The notes beneath the pieces were generated by a model, which ran no database searches, had not been told where the DNA came from, and saw only the letters and a program-made list of their open reading frames with translations. DNA of 63,381 nucleotides, the filler included, from Thermodesulfobacteriota bacterium (lineage in GTDB: Bacteria > DASVDK01): assembly GCA_036381125.1 (NCBI GenBank). It is 7 parts of 7 records of this genome, joined end to end, with 100 filler letters (N's around TTAATTAATTAA, not from the genome) between each part and the next. Parts side by side here need not be neighbours in the genome. Positions count along the whole stretch, not along the records: positions 17,745 to 37,123 come from DASVDK010000127.1; 6 more parts are not named here. The stretch is one strand, 5' to 3'. Positions 19,003 to 28,949 of the stretch are shown piece after piece. A program made the translations under genes and the position numbers. How positions within the stretch are numbered: the first letter of the stretch is position 1; the number at the start of each line of letters is the position of its first letter.

Positions 19003-19428
19003 ATGGCGATGGATACCGGACGACGCAGCGGTACGGCCCTCTCGGAGATCAACGTGACGCCGCTCGTCGACGTCATGCTGGTCCTGCTCATCATCTTCAT
19101 GGTCACCGCGCCGCTCGTGACGCAGGGCGTCGAGGTGAAGCTGCCGACCGCGGGCGCGCCGCCGCTCGAGGAACGTCGTGACCCGGTCGTCGTGACGATC
19201 ACGAAGGACCGGAAGGTCTACCTCAACAAGACCGAGATCCGCGCGGCCGACCTGCGGGCCCGCATCGACGGCATCTTCAAGAACCGCGCGGAGGCCGACC
19301 GGGAGGTCTACCTGCGGGCTGACTCCGACGTGCCCTACGGGGTCGTCGTCCGCGCCATGGCGGAGATCAAGCGGGCCGGCGTGGGCAAGCTCGGCATGGT
19401 CACCGAGCCGCTGGAAGAGGCGCGGTGA
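19003..19428 (+). CDS. tolR: TolR
   Basis: SEINVTPLVDVMLVLLIIFMVTAP, LRAD..VPYG. Confidence 0.93.
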   Translation: MAMDTGRRSGTALSEINVTPLVDVMLVLLIIFMVTAPLVTQGVEVKLPTAGAPPLEERRDPVVVTITKDRKVYLNKTEIRAADLRARIDGIFKNRAEADREVYLRADSDVPYGVVVRAMAEIKRAGVGKLGMVTEPLEEAR

Positions 19429-19474
19429 GCCCTTCTCGCCGGTCGAGACGGGTCACCCCGCCCGGGGCGGTCAG

Positions 19475-20542
19475 ATGAGGAGCGTCGGGCCGCGTCTCGG
19501 GCCCATGATCACGCTCTCGGCCCTCGTCCACCTGGCGACGGTCGGGTACCTGCTCGTCGCGGTGAAGCCGCAACCCCGCATCGTGTACCGCCCGAGCTAC
19601 ACGGTCGACCTGGTCGACGCGCCTCGCGTCGAGGCGAGGGCGGCTGCGGCGCCGACGCCTCCGCCTCCGCCCCCGCCGGCTGCACGGGAGACCCCCCCGC
19701 CGCCGCCCGCGCCGGAGTCGACGCCGCCGCCGACCCCTGCCCGCAACGAGATGGCGGAACTCGAGCGGCAGAAGGCGGAGGCCGAGAAGCAGCGCCTGGC
19801 CGAGCTGGAGCGCCAGAAGGCGGCCGAGGCCGAGAAGCAGCGCCTGGCCGAGCTGGAGCGGCAGAAGGCGGCCGAGGCCGAGAAGCAGCGCCTGGCCGAG
19901 CTGGAGCGCCAGAAGGCCGCCGAGGCGGAGAAGGCCCGGCAGGCCGAGCTCGAGCGGCAGCGGGCGGCCGAGGCCGAGAAGGCCCGCCAGGCCGAGCTCG
20001 AGCGGCAGCGGGCGGCCGAGGCGGAGAAGGCCCGGCAGGCCGAGCTCGAGCGGCAGCGGGCCGAGGCCGAGCGGCAGGCCCGGCTCGCGAAGCTCGAGGA
20101 GGAGCGCGCCCGCATCCGCGAGGAGGCCGAGCGGCAGCGGGCCGAGGCCGAGCGGCAGGCCCGGCTCGCGAAGCTCGAGGAGGAGCGCGCCCGCATCCGC
20201 GAGGTGGCCGCGCGGGCGGCAGCGGCCAGGGCGGCCGAGGAGGCGCTCAAGGTCAAGTTCCAGGCCTACTATGACAACGCGCACCGGACGATCAGCGGCT
20301 TCTGGATCGTCCCCGAATGGGTCCGCCGCCGGGACGTCGAAGTGCGGGTGAGCCTCACCGTCGCGCGGGACGGCCGCATCCTGTCGACCGCCATCGAGAA
20401 GCGGTCGGGGTTCGCGGACCTCGACGAGTCGGTCGTCCGGGCCGTGGAGAAGGCCCGGCAGGCCGGCTTGCCGCCGCTGCCGCCGGAGTACACCGAGGAC
20501 ACGCTCGAGTTCGGGCTCATCTTCAACCCGTCCACGTCGTAA
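19475..20542 (+). CDS. tolA: TolA
   Basis: N-terminal TM with SxxxH (SALVH), Pro-rich linker, A/E/K/R helical repeats, TonB_2-like C-terminus (SG..DLDESV.RAV). Confidence 0.88.
   Translation: MRSVGPRLGPMITLSALVHLATVGYLLVAVKPQPRIVYRPSYTVDLVDAPRVEARAAAAPTPPPPPPPAARETPPPPPAPESTPPPTPARNEMAELERQKAEAEKQRLAELERQKAAEAEKQRLAELERQKAAEAEKQRLAELERQKAAEAEKARQAELERQRAAEAEKARQAELERQRAAEAEKARQAELERQRAEAERQARLAKLEEERARIREEAERQRAEAERQARLAKLEEERARIREVAARAAAARAAEEALKVKFQAYYDNAHRTISGFWIVPEWVRRRDVEVRVSLTVARDGRILSTAIEKRSGFADLDESVVRAVEKARQAGLPPLPPEYTEDTLEFGLIFNPSTS
19755..20204 (+). repeat. Coding tandem repeats in tolA (48-bp unit about 6 times, then 81-bp unit twice)
   Basis: AELERQKAAEAEKQRL-type units; 81-bp period starting at 20048 and 20129. 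Confidence 0.85.
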
Positions 20543-20558
20543 GCGGGGGTCGCCGCCT

Positions 20559-21914
20559 GTGAGCCGACGCGCCATTCTCATCCCGCTCCTCGCCGCCGCC
20601 TGGCTCCTCGCGCCGGCCGCGCCCGGGCGTGCGCAGGAAGACAAGGTCTACATCGAGATCAACCCCTCGGATCAGCGGCGTCTGCCGATCGCGGTCGTGG
20701 ACTTCGTCAACGCGACGCCCGGTCCGGGCGGCGCCGATCCCTCGGGCGGCAAGACGCTCGCGGAGGTCGTCGCGAAGGACCTCGAGTTCACCGGCCTCTT
20801 CCGCGTCCTCGACCCGGCCGGGTTCATCGAGGATCCGAAGAAGCAGGCCGTCCTCCTTCGGGAGATCGACTTCTCGGACTGGACGATGGTGGGGGCCGAG
20901 GCGGTCGTGAAGGGCCGCTACCGCGTGGACGGGCGGGCGCTCAAGGTGGAGGCGTACCTCTACGACCCGCTCCAGCAGAAGCAGCTCCTCGGCCGCGAGT
21001 ACACCGCGGAGGTCTCGGCCCTGCGGCGGGTCGCCCACCGGTTCGCCTCCGACGTGCTCGAGGCGCTCACCGGCGAGCCGGGCGCCTTCGATACGCGGAT
21101 CGCCTTCGTCTCGACGCGCACCGGGACGAAGGAGGTCTACGTCATGGACTACGACGGCCAGAACGTCCGGCAGGTCACGCGGACCCGGTCGATCAACCTC
21201 GTGCCGACCTGGTCGCCGGACGGCCGGAAGTTGGCGTTCGTCTCGTTCATGGAGCGCAACCCCGACCTCTTCTTCCTCTCCGTGGCGGACGGCTCGCTCC
21301 TGCGGCTCAAGCTCCCGTTCACCTGGCGCGGCTCGTTCAACGGCGGCGCCTGGTCCCCCAGGGGCGACCTCTTCGCCTTCGGCGCCAGTCGCGAGGGCAA
21401 CTCCGACATCTGGATCATGAACGTCGACGGCAGCGGCCTGCGGCAGCTCACGAACCACTTCGCCCAGGACGTGGCCCCGGCGTTCTCGCCGGACGGCCGC
21501 CAGATCGTCTTCGTCTCCGACCGGGGAGGCAACCCCACCCTGTACGTGACCGACGTGCGGGGCGGCGAGGCCAGGCGCCTGGTCTACGAGGGGAAGAACA
21601 ACTACTCGCCCGCCTGGTCGCCCAGGGGCGACCGGATCGCCTTCATCTGCCAGAACGATCGCGGGCGTGCCGACGTCTGCGTCGTCAACCCCGATGGCAC
21701 GGGGCTTGCCAGGTTGACGAGCGAGGGGTCCAGCGATTCCCCGAGCTGGTCGCCGGACGGGCGCTTCATCGCCTTCGAGTCGAACCGCGACGGCGCCCGG
21801 CGGATCTATGTCATGAACGCGAACGGGGCCAACCCCCGACGCGTCGTCCCCGCCGGGCTCGGGGGCCAGGGCGAGGACACCGCGCCCGCCTGGTCGCCCC
21901 GATCCGGAGAGTAG
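20559..21914 (+). CDS. tolB: TolB
   Basis: Signal peptide, TolB_N domain, repeated PxWSPDG PD40 propeller blades. Confidence 0.95.
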   Translation: MSRRAILIPLLAAAWLLAPAAPGRAQEDKVYIEINPSDQRRLPIAVVDFVNATPGPGGADPSGGKTLAEVVAKDLEFTGLFRVLDPAGFIEDPKKQAVLLREIDFSDWTMVGAEAVVKGRYRVDGRALKVEAYLYDPLQQKQLLGREYTAEVSALRRVAHRFASDVLEALTGEPGAFDTRIAFVSTRTGTKEVYVMDYDGQNVRQVTRTRSINLVPTWSPDGRKLAFVSFMERNPDLFFLSVADGSLLRLKLPFTWRGSFNGGAWSPRGDLFAFGASREGNSDIWIMNVDGSGLRQLTNHFAQDVAPAFSPDGRQIVFVSDRGGNPTLYVTDVRGGEARRLVYEGKNNYSPAWSPRGDRIAFICQNDRGRADVCVVNPDGTGLARLTSEGSSDSPSWSPDGRFIAFESNRDGARRIYVMNANGANPRRVVPAGLGGQGEDTAPAWSPRSGE

Positions 21915-21931
21915 AGGGAGGAGTCACGGCC

Positions 21932-22588
21932 ATGCCACCGACGCGTGCCACGTCGATCGTCCTCGTCGCTGTCGTCGTCCTTGCCGCCGGCTGCGGCGGA
22001 CGGCGCTCGGACACCATCCAGGCAGCCGACCTGCCGCGGGCGACCGACGGCCAGTCGTCGCCGGCCGGTCCCGGCGCCGCGGCGCCCGGCGGCGCCGGCG
22101 CGCCGGAGGACGCCGTCGCCGGCCGCACGCTCGAGGGGGCGCCGACCACCACCGCCCCGGGCGGCGCGGCCCCCGGGGAGCAGCTCGCCCTCGGCCCGAC
22201 GGTCGACAGCCCGGCGGGTCCGGTGCAGGAGGTCGAGGCGCTGCGGGACGTCTACTTCGAGTTCGACTCGGCGTCCCTCACCGACGGCGCGCGCGAGGCG
22301 CTCAACTTCAACGCCAACTGGATGCAGCGCTTCCCCGGGACGCGGGTCCTCATCGAGGGGCACACCGACCAGCGGGGCAGCACCGCATACAACCTCGCGC
22401 TCGGCGAGCGGCGAGCCGTCGCGGCCCGCGACTACCTCGTCTCGCTCGGCATCGCGCGCGAGCGCATCCAGACCATCTCCTACGGCAAGGAGCGGCCGGC
22501 CGATCCGGGGCAGAACGAGGCCGCGTGGGCGAAGAACCGCCGCGCGCACTTCGTCGTCGTCACCCAGTCGTCCGGCGCCGCCCGGTAG
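21932..22588 (+). CDS. pal: Peptidoglycan-associated lipoprotein
   Basis: Lipobox LAAGC, VYFEFDS, EGHTDQRGS, YNLALGERRA, SYGKERP, KNRRA. Confidence 0.95.
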   Translation: MPPTRATSIVLVAVVVLAAGCGGRRSDTIQAADLPRATDGQSSPAGPGAAAPGGAGAPEDAVAGRTLEGAPTTTAPGGAAPGEQLALGPTVDSPAGPVQEVEALRDVYFEFDSASLTDGAREALNFNANWMQRFPGTRVLIEGHTDQRGSTAYNLALGERRAVAARDYLVSLGIARERIQTISYGKERPADPGQNEAAWAKNRRAHFVVVTQSSGAAR

Positions 22589-22617
22589 GTAGGACGGCTC
22601 CAGTCAAGGAGGGACGC

Positions 22618-23514
22618 ATGCGGACCGCCATCCTCGCCGTCGCCGCATTCGGTCTGGTCGTTGCCGGCTGCCAGTCGTTCCCCGGCGACCAGAACCGCCA
22701 GCTCCAGAGTGACATCCAGCGCCTCGACCTCCAGGTGCGGCAGCTCCGGCAGGCCGGAGGCGCCGGCGGCGAGCTGTCGCGCCGTCTCGACGCGGTCGAG
22801 CGGAACGTGCAGCAGCTCGGCCAGCAGCTCACCCAGCTCCAGCGGCTGCAGGCCGACCTGACGGCGCGCTACGACGCCATCCGCCAGGATCAGATGACGC
22901 TCACCGGCCGCTTCGACGAGACCAAGTACCTCGCCCAGCGGCTCTCGCAGGACCAGGAGCAGGTCCAGAAGGTGAGCGCGCAGCTCGCCGCGATGGATCA
23001 GCGGTTGCGACAGCTCGACCAGGAGCTCGACGCCCTGCGCCGCGCCGAGGGCGAACGGCAGACGACGGCGCGCACGCAGCCCTCGCCGGCGGTCCAGGCG
23101 CCCTCGCAGGCGTCTGCCCGGGCGCCTGCCGTGCAGCCGGCCGAGGCGCTCTACCAGGAGGGCTTCGAGCTGTTCAAGAAGCGCGAGTACGCGAAGGCGC
23201 GGGAGAAGTTCCAGCAGTTCCTCAAGGCGAACCCGAGTTCCGACTTCGCCGAGGGCGCCATGTACTTCATCGCGGAGACCTACTTCGCGGAGCGCGACTA
23301 CGAGAACGCCATCCTCCGCTACGAGGAGCTGCTCGTGCGCTACCCCAAGGGGCGCCGGGTGCCGGCGGCGCTGCTGCAGCAGGGCTTCGCCTTCAAGGAA
23401 CTGGGCGCGCCGAAGGACGCGCGCATGGCCTTCCAGAAGATCCTCGACACCTTCCCCAACTCGACCGAGGCGACGCTCGCCAAGGTCGAGCTGCCGAAGC
23501 TGCCGGTCCAGTAG
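22618..23514 (+). CDS. cpoB: Cell division coordinator CpoB (YbgF), lipoprotein form
   Basis: Lipobox VAGC, coiled coil, C-terminal TPRs; follows pal. Confidence 0.85.
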   Translation: MRTAILAVAAFGLVVAGCQSFPGDQNRQLQSDIQRLDLQVRQLRQAGGAGGELSRRLDAVERNVQQLGQQLTQLQRLQADLTARYDAIRQDQMTLTGRFDETKYLAQRLSQDQEQVQKVSAQLAAMDQRLRQLDQELDALRRAEGERQTTARTQPSPAVQAPSQASARAPAVQPAEALYQEGFELFKKREYAKAREKFQQFLKANPSSDFAEGAMYFIAETYFAERDYENAILRYEELLVRYPKGRRVPAALLQQGFAFKELGAPKDARMAFQKILDTFPNSTEATLAKVELPKLPVQ

Positions 23515-23565
23515 GGCGGGCGAGGGGAGGGCCGGGCCATCGCCAGGAGGCGTCCTTCGCGCCGC

Positions 23566-25893
23566 GTGCGGAGGGTCATCGGCTACGCCGTGCTGGCGGT
23601 CGGGGTCGCGGCGCTCGCGCTCGCGATCCAGACCTTCTACCTGTACACGGTCGTCACCGGCCGCCTCGAGGCGATCACCTGGAAGCTGCCGTCCAAGGTC
23701 TTCGCCGCGCCGGTGGCCCTCTACCCCGGCGCGGACATCGGGCGGCTCGACCTCACGGGGAAGCTCCGGCGGCTGAACTACCGGCCGGCGCCGCCGACCG
23801 GGCCGCTCGAGCCGGGGCAGTACCGCCGCGGGCCGTCCGGCCTCGACCTGCACCTCCACGACACGCCCTACCCCGGCCGCCCCGACGGACCGTCGATCGT
23901 CCGACTGGAGCTGGCGGGGCAGGTCGTGACGAACGTGCTCGACCCGCGCTCCGGCGACGAGCTGGCCGTCGTCGAGCTGGAGCCGGAGCTCATCACCGAG
24001 CTCTTCGACACGACCCGCGAGGACCGCACGCTCGTCACCTTCGACCAGCTCCCCACCGCGCTGGTGGACGCCCTCGTCGCCATCGAGGACACCCGGTTCC
24101 ACGAGCACTTCGGGCTCGACTGGCGGGGCATCGCGCGCGCCGCCTACCGGAACCTCCGGGCGGGGCGGATCGCCGAAGGGGGCAGCACCCTCACCCAGCA
24201 GCTCGTGAAGAACGTCTTCCTCACCGAGGAGCGGACGTTCCTGCGGAAGATCAACGAGGCCATCATCGCCGTCATGCTCGAGCGCCGCTACTCGAAGCGG
24301 CAGATCCTCGAGTTCTACGCGAACGAGGTCTACCTCGGTCAGGCCGGGCCGACCGCCATCCACGGCTTCGGCGAGGCGTCACGCTACTACTTCGGCAAGG
24401 ACGTGTCGAAGCTCACGGTGGGCGAGTCCGCGCTCCTGGCCGGCATGGTCCGCGCTCCCAACGCGCTCAACCCCGTGACGAACCCGAAGCGAGCCAAGGC
24501 CCGCCGCAACGTCGTCCTCAACCGGATGCTCGACACCGGCGTGCTCGCCAAGGCCGACTACCTCGCGGCCCTGAGCGAGCCGGTGGACGTCAAGCCGGCC
24601 GTGGTGAAGGGCAACGACGCTCCCTACTTCGTCGACTTCCTGCGGGCGCAGTTGAACGAGATCTACCCCAGGGAGGTCCTCACCTCCGAGGGGCTTCGCG
24701 TCTACACGACCCTCGACCTCGACCTCCAGCACCGCGCGCAGGCCGCGCTCGACCGCGGGCTCGCGAGGCTCGAGCGGCAGTTCCCGAAGCTCAGGCGCGA
24801 CGACCCCGCGAAGGCGCTCCAGGGGGCCGTCATCGTCCTCTCGCCGCAGACCGGCGCCATCCGCGCGATGGTCGGCGGCCGGGAGTACGGCACGAGCCAG
24901 TTCAACCGCGCGACGCAGGCGAGGCGCCAGCCCGGCTCCACCTTCAAGCCGATCCTCTACGCCGCCGCGTTCTCGCCCGGCGAGAACGGCGCGCCGCCGG
25001 CCTTCACGCCCGCCACGATGGTCGACGACACGCCCATCACGCTCCAGGTCGGCGACACGACCTGGCGGCCCGAGAACTACGACCGGAAGTTCCGCGGCCG
25101 GGTCTCGGTGCGCACGGCGATCGAGCAGTCGCTCAACGCCTCGGCCGTGCGGGTCGCCCAGGAGATCGGCCTCGCGCGCGTGATCGCCACCGCCCGCGCC
25201 CTCGGCGTCGAGAGCCCGCTCAAGGAGGTGCCGGCCCTCGCGCTCGGCGCCTCCGAGGTGACCGTCCTCGAGATGGCCAGCGCCTACGCGACGCTTGCCA
25301 ACAGCGGCCTGAGGTCCCGGCCCATCGCGGTGCGCGACGTCGCCGACCGCACCGGCGCCCTCATCGAGCGGCGCCCGTACGAGCTCGAGACCGCGCTGCC
25401 GGCCGAGGTGGCCTACGTGGTGACGCACGTCCTCGAGGGGGTCCTCGACCGGGGCACCGGCGCCGCCGCGCGCCGCATGGGGCTCGAGGGGGCCGCCGCC
25501 GGCAAGTCGGGCACGACCAGCGACTACCGCGACGCCTGGTTCGCCGGCTACACCCCCGAGGCGGTCGTGATCGTCTGGGTCGGCTTCGACGACGGCACCC
25601 CGATCAACCTCACCGGCTCCCAGGCGGCGCTGCCGATCTGGGTCGAGGTCATGCGCGAGGCCCAGGGGGGCCGCGCCGCCGGGCCGTTCCCCGTGCCGCC
25701 CGGCGTCACGTTCGCGACCATCGACCCGGCGACCGGCTTCCTCGCGACCAGCGCCTGCCCCGATCGACTCGACGAGGCCTTCGTCGCCGGCACCGAGCCG
25801 ACCGGGACCTGCCCCATCCACCCCGGCGCCGCCGTGGCCAGCCCCGGCGAGCGCGGCGGCCTGATCCGCTGGATCAAGGAGCTGTTCAGGTAG
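23566..25893 (+). CDS. mrcB: Class A penicillin-binding protein PBP1B (UB2H + transglycosylase + transpeptidase)
   Basis: EDTRFHEHFG, GSTLTQQLVKN, RKINE; SxxK (STFK), SLN, KSG; UB2H-like segment after the TM. Confidence 0.88.
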   Translation: MRRVIGYAVLAVGVAALALAIQTFYLYTVVTGRLEAITWKLPSKVFAAPVALYPGADIGRLDLTGKLRRLNYRPAPPTGPLEPGQYRRGPSGLDLHLHDTPYPGRPDGPSIVRLELAGQVVTNVLDPRSGDELAVVELEPELITELFDTTREDRTLVTFDQLPTALVDALVAIEDTRFHEHFGLDWRGIARAAYRNLRAGRIAEGGSTLTQQLVKNVFLTEERTFLRKINEAIIAVMLERRYSKRQILEFYANEVYLGQAGPTAIHGFGEASRYYFGKDVSKLTVGESALLAGMVRAPNALNPVTNPKRAKARRNVVLNRMLDTGVLAKADYLAALSEPVDVKPAVVKGNDAPYFVDFLRAQLNEIYPREVLTSEGLRVYTTLDLDLQHRAQAALDRGLARLERQFPKLRRDDPAKALQGAVIVLSPQTGAIRAMVGGREYGTSQFNRATQARRQPGSTFKPILYAAAFSPGENGAPPAFTPATMVDDTPITLQVGDTTWRPENYDRKFRGRVSVRTAIEQSLNASAVRVAQEIGLARVIATARALGVESPLKEVPALALGASEVTVLEMASAYATLANSGLRSRPIAVRDVADRTGALIERRPYELETALPAEVAYVVTHVLEGVLDRGTGAAARRMGLEGAAAGKSGTTSDYRDAWFAGYTPEAVVIVWVGFDDGTPINLTGSQAALPIWVEVMREAQGGRAAGPFPVPPGVTFATIDPATGFLATSACPDRLDEAFVAGTEPTGTCPIHPGAAVASPGERGGLIRWIKELFR

Positions 25894-26074
25894 GTCGGTC
25901 CGCGACGTATATCTCTCGCTGAAGCCGCTCCGCCTCTCGTCCCGGCAATAGCCCGCCTCGGACAAGGCCGACGATGGTGGGCTCGGCCCCGTGGCGCGGG
26001 GACCTTCACCGCCCCCGGGTCGTGTCCCGAAGTCCCGCCGGATTACTGCCCAATCAAACCGTGCACGCGCCGGC

Positions 26075-26326
26075 TCATCGGAAGCGGAGATCCGGAAGCC
26101 GCATGACCTCGAGCCACGTTCCCACGGCGATCACCAGCCGTGTCCGCCTGTCCCTCGTGAGCAGAACTCGAAGGAGCCTCCGCGGGAGCACGACGACGCT
26201 GACGGCCGGCGTCACGACGAAGTGCGCCGCAACCCAGAGCATGCCGCCGGCATCTCCGCCAAGCCAGGTCATGAGCCCATTGAGCTGCCTGACGGCATCA
26301 TTCGCACCGGGCGACATGGCAGGCAT
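26075..26326 (-). CDS. Possible small hydrophobic orphan ORF or gene remnant
   Basis: 83-aa ORF with one hydrophobic stretch in an atypical region beside the IS remnant; no recognisable family. Confidence 0.2.
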   Translation of the reverse strand: MPAMSPGANDAVRQLNGLMTWLGGDAGGMLWVAAHFVVTPAVSVVVLPRRLLRVLLTRDRRTRLVIAVGTWLEVMRLPDLRFR

Positions 26327-26378
26327 CCATGACGTCGACCCCCGGAAGTGCAGCTACTCGTTCGGCGCCGGTTGGTCG

Positions 26379-27100
26379 TGTGCACCCGGAGACATGGGTG
26401 ACAGGTTGTTCTGAGGACATAGGTAACGGTTTCGTGGCGCAGCGCCTGGCTCACGAGCCCCCCGCCCGTTCCACCGCAGGCGCCCCGACCCGTTGATGCG
26501 CACCTCTTCGAAGCCCGGGGGATAGACGAAGGGCCGCCCCCACGGCGGCTCGGGCAGGGGCCGGGGCAGGGCCATGCAGGCGAGCAGGTAGCGGCTGAGG
26601 GCGGGGTCCGGCGCCGCCGCCGGCGCGGCCGCGCCAGACCGTTGCGGTGCAGCAGGAGGAGGGCGACGGTGCTCACCGCCGGGACGACCGTGTCCGGATT
26701 GGCGCGCACCGGCGCCTGGCGCAGCTTCGGCGGCCCCCAGCGCGGCCGCTGGCGCCGCGCCGCGACGATGGCGTCCTCGAGCCCGCGACTCACCGCCCGA
26801 GGGCTCATGTGGGGCCGCCGGGACTGGTCGACCAACGGCGCCCAGGCCAGGGCCCGCGTGAGCTACGTGTCGCCGGTCTTCCGGCTGATACCGAGGCGGC
26901 GGCACGCCTCGCTCAGGCTGTGCTCGCCGCGCACATAGGCGTCCACGAATCGCTGGCGCTCGTCCATGGGTGTCGTCTCCATCCAGGGCACAGCCTCACC
27001 TCCGTGCCCCCTCGGGTGTCACCCATGTCTCTAGATAATCTCGTCCGTTGCGACCCGGTTCACTCGGTCCCCTCTGTTACCTATGCATCTAGGATGGACC
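26379..27100 (-). mobile_element. IS481-family element remnant (internally deleted)
   Basis: End TGTGCACCCGGAGACATGGGTGACA at 26379; 15-bp inverted repeat 26389-26403 / 27017-27031; extra subterminal repeats near 26413-26428 and 27075-27090; right boundary approximate. Confidence 0.75.
26430..26991 (-). pseudogene. IS481-family transposase pseudogene
   Basis: GTG at 26991: MPWMETTPMDERQRFV...SLSEACRRLGISRKTGDT*, then SRRPH, RWGPPKL, PAVSTV, SRYLLAC and a C-terminal RWNG fragment; premature stop, frameshifts, most of the DDE core missing. Confidence 0.8.
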
Positions 27101-27279
27101 TCGGCCGGATCCCGGCGATGGCGCGGGCGCGCGCTCGATTACTGCCGAATCAAGATGATTGGGCAGTAATCCGGCAGGGCCTCGGCGACTCGGGAACCGA
27201 CGGGGTCAGGTCTCGACCACGGGTCCGGAACTGGCACCAGCCTCGCTGCGTGCCGCGCACCGGAACGGAGGAGCAATTC

Positions 27280-28073
27280 GTGCCCGACGCGATGATCCTC
27301 GAAGCTCCCTCGATCCTCGGCCTGCGGCCGACCGGCTCGGGGCCGGCCATGCCGGGCGCGTCGAGCCGCCAGCCTGCGACCCGCGACGCGATCCGGAGAC
27401 GCGGATGCTGAACCCCCGTGCGATCGCGGCCTACTCGGTCGCGCTCGGCGACGCCGTGGGCGGCGATTGCAGCATCCTCCTCGGCAACCTGCTGGCCCTG
27501 CGGCGGCGCGGGCGCTATGGCCTCCTGTTCCTCGATGGGCACACCGATTTCTACCAGCCGGAGGCGGAGCCGAACGGCGAGGCGGCCTCCATGGACCTGG
27601 CGCTCGCCACCGGCCGAGGTCCCGCCGTCGTCACCGACCTGGAGGGGCGACGGCCGCTCCTGCGAGACGACGATGCGGCGGCGTTCGGCTTCCGCGATGC
27701 CGACGAGGCGGCGGAGCACGGGAGTCAACCGCTGCCACGAGAGCTGCGCGGGGTGAGCCTGGCCGAGGTCCGCCGCCTGGGTATCGAGCCCGCGGTGCGC
27801 GGAGCGGTGGCGCACCTGACGCGTGGCGGCGGCGCCGGCGGGTTCTGGATCCACCTCGATGCCGACGTGCTCGACGATGCCGTGATGCCGGCCGTGGACT
27901 ACCGGATCCCCGGCGGGCTCGGCTGGGGCGAGCTCGAAGGGGTGCTGCGCGCCGCCATCGGGAGCGGCCGCGCGGTGGGGCTGGACGTCACTGTGTTCAA
28001 TCCGAACCTCGACCTGGACGGGAGCATCGCCCGAGCCCTCGCGGAGACGCTCGGGCGAGGACTGACGGCGTGA
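27280..28073 (+). pseudogene. Arginase (ureohydrolase) family pseudogene
   Basis: N-terminus ILEAPSILGLRPTG is in a different frame from GGDCS, DGHTD, HLDADVLD, PGGL; frameshift near 27330 and an apparent deletion before GGDCS. Confidence 0.75.
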
Positions 28074-28088
28074 GCGGCGGCGCCGCGG

Positions 28089-28949
28089 CTACGCCTTCGG
28101 CAGCGCCTGCCGATCCTCGAGGACGGGCCGGAAGAGGTCGCCGCGCCCCGCGAGGCGGGCCGGGAGGGTGTGGAGCGTGAACGCCCGGGGGTCGAGCCCG
28201 GGCGCGACCTCCTCCCACGCGAGGGGAGTCGAGACCGGCGCGCCCGGCCTGGCGCGCACGCTATAGGGCGCCACGGCCGTCTGCGCGCGCCCGTTGCGCA
28301 GCGTGTCGATGTACACGTGGCCGGCCTTGTCGGTGCCGCGGTGCGACGCGGTGGCGCACCCGGGATGCGAACGGGCGACCTCGGCGGCAACGGCGTCGGC
28401 GAAGGCGCGCACGGTGTCGAAGGAGGGGCCGCGCCGGACGGGGACGTAGACGTGGAGGCCGCGGCCGCCCGAGGTCTTCGCGTACCCGCGCAGGCCGAGC
28501 GAGGCGAGCGCGTCGCGTACCGCGGTCGCCACGGCGGCGAGCTCGGGCATGCCGACGCCGTTCGGGTCGAGGTCGAAGATCACCCGGTCCGGCGCGTCGA
28601 CGCGGTCGATCCGGCAGGCCCACGGATGGATCTCGATCGCGCCGAGGTTGACCAGGTAGGCGAGGCCGCGGCGGGAGCCGCCGACGGCGTAGGTGATGGT
28701 CCGGGCCGAGGTCGGCGCGTAGATGCGCGCCCGGCGAAGCCATGCGGGCGCGTTGGCGGGGACCTGCTTCTGGTGGATGCGCGGCCCCCGGATGCCGTCG
28801 GGGTAGCGCTCGAGATTGAGCGGGCGGTCGGCGATGTGCGGCAGGAGCGCGTCGGCCACGCGCTCGTAGTAGTCGAGCAGGTCGCCCTTGGTGATCCCGT
28901 CGTCGGGGAAGAGCGGCTTGTCGACGTGCGTGGCGCGCCAGGCGGTCAG
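28089..28949 (-). CDS. Stand-alone LigD-type primase-polymerase (AEP) domain protein
   Basis: DKPLFP..GITKGDLLDYY, RYPDGI, AIEIHPW, PDRVIFDLDP, KTSGGRGLH, YID..RN, APYSVR; start inferred at CTG 28949. Confidence 0.88.
   Translation of the reverse strand: MTAWRATHVDKPLFPDDGITKGDLLDYYERVADALLPHIADRPLNLERYPDGIRGPRIHQKQVPANAPAWLRRARIYAPTSARTITYAVGGSRRGLAYLVNLGAIEIHPWACRIDRVDAPDRVIFDLDPNGVGMPELAAVATAVRDALASLGLRGYAKTSGGRGLHVYVPVRRGPSFDTVRAFADAVAAEVARSHPGCATASHRGTDKAGHVYIDTLRNGRAQTAVAPYSVRARPGAPVSTPLAWEEVAPGLDPRAFTLHTLPARLAGRGDLFRPVLEDRQALPKA

Noticed and set aside
19755-20204. Regular repeats resembling a CRISPR array
   Set aside because: In-frame tandem coding repeats of tolA with no unique spacers and no cas genes
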